DNA from: Candidatus Auribacterota bacterium
GTDB taxonomy: Bacteria; Auribacterota; UBA6266
Direction: 5' to 3'
Assembly: GCA_023136205.1 (NCBI GenBank)
Contig: JAGLRQ010000130.1
Coordinates: 1 to 15,888 of the forward strand
Length of the DNA: 15,888 bases
The translations under genes were made by a program, and so were the position numbers. The notes below the pieces were generated by a model. That model had not been told where the DNA came from and made no database searches. It worked only from the letters and a program-made list of their open reading frames with translations. Below are positions 14,779-15,888 of this stretch, in pieces (within the stretch, counting starts at the first letter, position 1; each line of letters begins with the position of its first letter).

Positions 14779-14834
14779 CAGTGATTAATGAATCTTTTTT
14801 ATACTATTCACGATTCACCATTCACCATTCACGA
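14779..14834. repeat. heptanucleotide repeats (NNGTGAA family) in inverted arrangement upstream of the NYN gene
   Basis: Forward degenerate units CAGTGAT TAATGAA (14779-14792), a T-rich spacer, then four reverse-orientation units TTCACGA TTCACCA TTCACCA TTCACGA (14807-14834). The arms at 14781-14793 and 14806-14818 can pair at 10 of 13 positions. Confidence 0.7.
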
Positions 14835-14851
14835 ACTACAGTATCTACTAT

Positions 14852-15277
14852 ATGAAAAAATATCTTATAGATGGTTATAATCTTCTTCATGCTTGGAAAA
14901 AAGAGCATGTGTTTAACTCAAAGACATTTGACGGTATGAGGGAAGAGCTTATCCGGAGTCTCCAAATGCTGGCTGATTTCAAAGATATAGCAATTGAAGT
15001 CTATTTTGACGGGAAAATCCGGAGTAAGGACAAAATCGAAGGCAGCCCGCACTTTAAGGTGATTTTTACCTCAAAAGAGATAACGGCTGATACCGCGATT
15101 GAAAGAGCTGTTTATAACGCTGAAAGCAAAAAAGAATTAACAGTTATAACATCGGATAGGAAGATCAGGGATTTGGCAATGGCTCTGGGGGTTCTCTCTC
15201 TTAATCCTATGCACTTTCTGGCAGATTTAAAGGAAGCCAAAAAAGAGATATCAAAGCTTCTTACCCTCAAAAAGTGA
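14852..15277 (+). CDS. NYN-domain protein, YacP/Rae1-like (predicted ribonuclease)
   Basis: MKKYLIDGYNLLHAWKK, IEVYFDGK, VIFTSKEITADTAIER and VITSDRKIRD reproduce the conserved acidic motifs of the YacP-like NYN family (DUF901) as I remember them. Confidence 0.8.
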   Translation: MKKYLIDGYNLLHAWKKEHVFNSKTFDGMREELIRSLQMLADFKDIAIEVYFDGKIRSKDKIEGSPHFKVIFTSKEITADTAIERAVYNAESKKELTVITSDRKIRDLAMALGVLSLNPMHFLADLKEAKKEISKLLTLKK

Positions 15278-15310
15278 TGGCACTCTCGACCTAAGTGTTC
15301 AAAAAATCAT

Positions 15311-15339
15311 TTGACTTTTAAGGTGGCAGATAATAGAAT
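15311..15339 (+). promoter_or_regulatory. candidate sigma70-type promoter for the downstream coiled-coil gene
   Basis: TTGACT (15311-15316), 17-bp spacer, TAGAAT (15334-15339), about 50 nt upstream of ATG 15392. AT-rich DNA produces such matches by chance, so this is tentative. Confidence 0.45.
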
Positions 15340-15391
15340 TCACTCTTAGCGTTTTGCCATTTATTAAACGGTGGTTTTGGAGGGTTCTTTC

Positions 15392-15888
15392 ATGGGGAAA
15401 CTTGTTAAAGGTGGAATAATAGTTGTGTCTATCTTAAGTGTAGTGTGTCTTGGTGTAACGACAGTATTATTTTCACATAAAATCAACGAAAGAGAGAGAG
15501 CCGATGCCCTTGCCGGTTGCATTTCAAAAGCCGCTGTCGAATTTGGGCTTGAAAATTCCGAAGAAGATGTCCTTAAGAAACTTGTAATTCCCGGAGAAAG
15601 AGATAAACTTCTTTCCAGCCTGGGGGAAAATATTATCAGGACAGTCAATGAACTTAATCAAACAAAGAGCAGTCTGAAAAAAGCAGAGGAAGATTTAACA
15701 GAGAAAAGAGAGGAAGCAAAAAAGCTTGCGGATGATTTGCAGGTTGAGAAGAAAGAAAAAGGTCAGCTAAAAATAGAGCTTGATAGACAAATAAGCCTGG
15801 CTCAAAAACTTGTAAAAGAACTTGATCTGGAAAGGGAAAAGACAAAGCAAATTGAAGAGAAACTCTCAGGCCTTTCCCATGAACTTGA
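15392..15888 (+). CDS. membrane-anchored coiled-coil protein, N-terminal part (continues beyond the window)
   Basis: Absent from the ORF track because there is no stop in the window. ATG 15392 follows GGAGGG at 15380-15385. My translation is MGKLVKGGIIVVSILSVVCLGVTTVLFSHKINERERADALAG...SLKKAEEDLTEKREEAKKLADDLQVEKKEKGQLKIELDRQISLAQKLVKELDLEREKTKQIEEKLSGLSHEL. That is one TM helix followed by a heptad-rich E/K/L coiled coil, open to base 15888. The two minus-strand track ORFs in this region look like shadows of it. Confidence 0.6.
   Translation, partial: MGKLVKGGIIVVSILSVVCLGVTTVLFSHKINERERADALAGCISKAAVEFGLENSEEDVLKKLVIPGERDKLLSSLGENIIRTVNELNQTKSSLKKAEEDLTEKREEAKKLADDLQVEKKEKGQLKIELDRQISLAQKLVKELDLEREKTKQIEEKLSGLSHEL

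Noticed and set aside
14671-14784. 37-codon small ORF (MNDTLEVKQKYNIILRPDIKMVCAFIRKGYGYNIEKQ) in the divergent intergenic region. Also noted were candidate promoters TTGTAA-17-TATAAT (14644-14672, + strand) and TTTACC-17-TATAAT (14693-14665, - strand).
   Set aside because: The small ORF has no Shine-Dalgarno sequence, and the best + strand promoter would start transcription downstream of its ATG. There is no recognisable family. The promoter-like hexamers are plausible, but in such AT-rich DNA I could not distinguish them from chance, so they are not listed as features.
15364-15845. Two minus-strand track ORFs (94 and 63 aa) at the right end of the window.
   Set aside because: The + strand frame starting at ATG 15392 is open to the window edge. 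It has an RBS, a TM helix and a convincing coiled coil. The minus ORFs are its Ser/Leu/Phe-rich shadows.

Overview
AT-rich bacterial chromosomal segment, probably from an anaerobe. Taxon cannot be assigned from the sequence alone. All family calls come from motif recognition by eye, with no searches run.

Gene content: nearly everything lies on the + strand in one tightly packed string.
- Purine synthesis: purM (3' fragment), purH, purD, purE.
- The Bacillus-like block tsaC / LMW (YwlE-like) phosphatase / rpiB / glyA, followed by a dCMP deaminase.
- After a pair of textbook NrdR boxes, an anaerobic class III ribonucleotide reductase operon: nrdR, nrdD, a 98-aa ORF, a CxxC redoxin, nrdG, and an AmmeMemoRadiSam-type radical SAM enzyme.
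- A small lipoprotein, a convergent membrane-anchored PpiD/SurA-like chaperone (- strand), a YacP/Rae1-like NYN-domain protein, and the start of a membrane-anchored coiled-coil protein that the ORF track missed because it runs off the window.

Most interesting observation: the class III RNR appears naturally split.
- The 800-aa NrdD keeps the ATP-cone, the core and the C-terminal Zn ribbon. It then runs into a degenerate RIPGV sequence and a Lys-rich tail.
- The canonical glycyl-radical motif (TRIVGYFSRIENWNKSKLGELKDR) sits on the separate 98-aa ORF, which has its own strong RBS.
- The 278 bp separating the two parts is bounded by a 9-nt direct repeat that is read in frame in both ORFs. Deleting between the copies would restore a conventional NrdD C-terminus.
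- The operon also carries two radical-SAM activase-type genes and a redoxin.

Second recurring oddity: short tandem heptanucleotide arrays (NNGTGAA, TGCGTCG and TCAATAC families) sit at three gene junctions.

No tRNA, rRNA, CRISPR array, transposase or integrase was seen.
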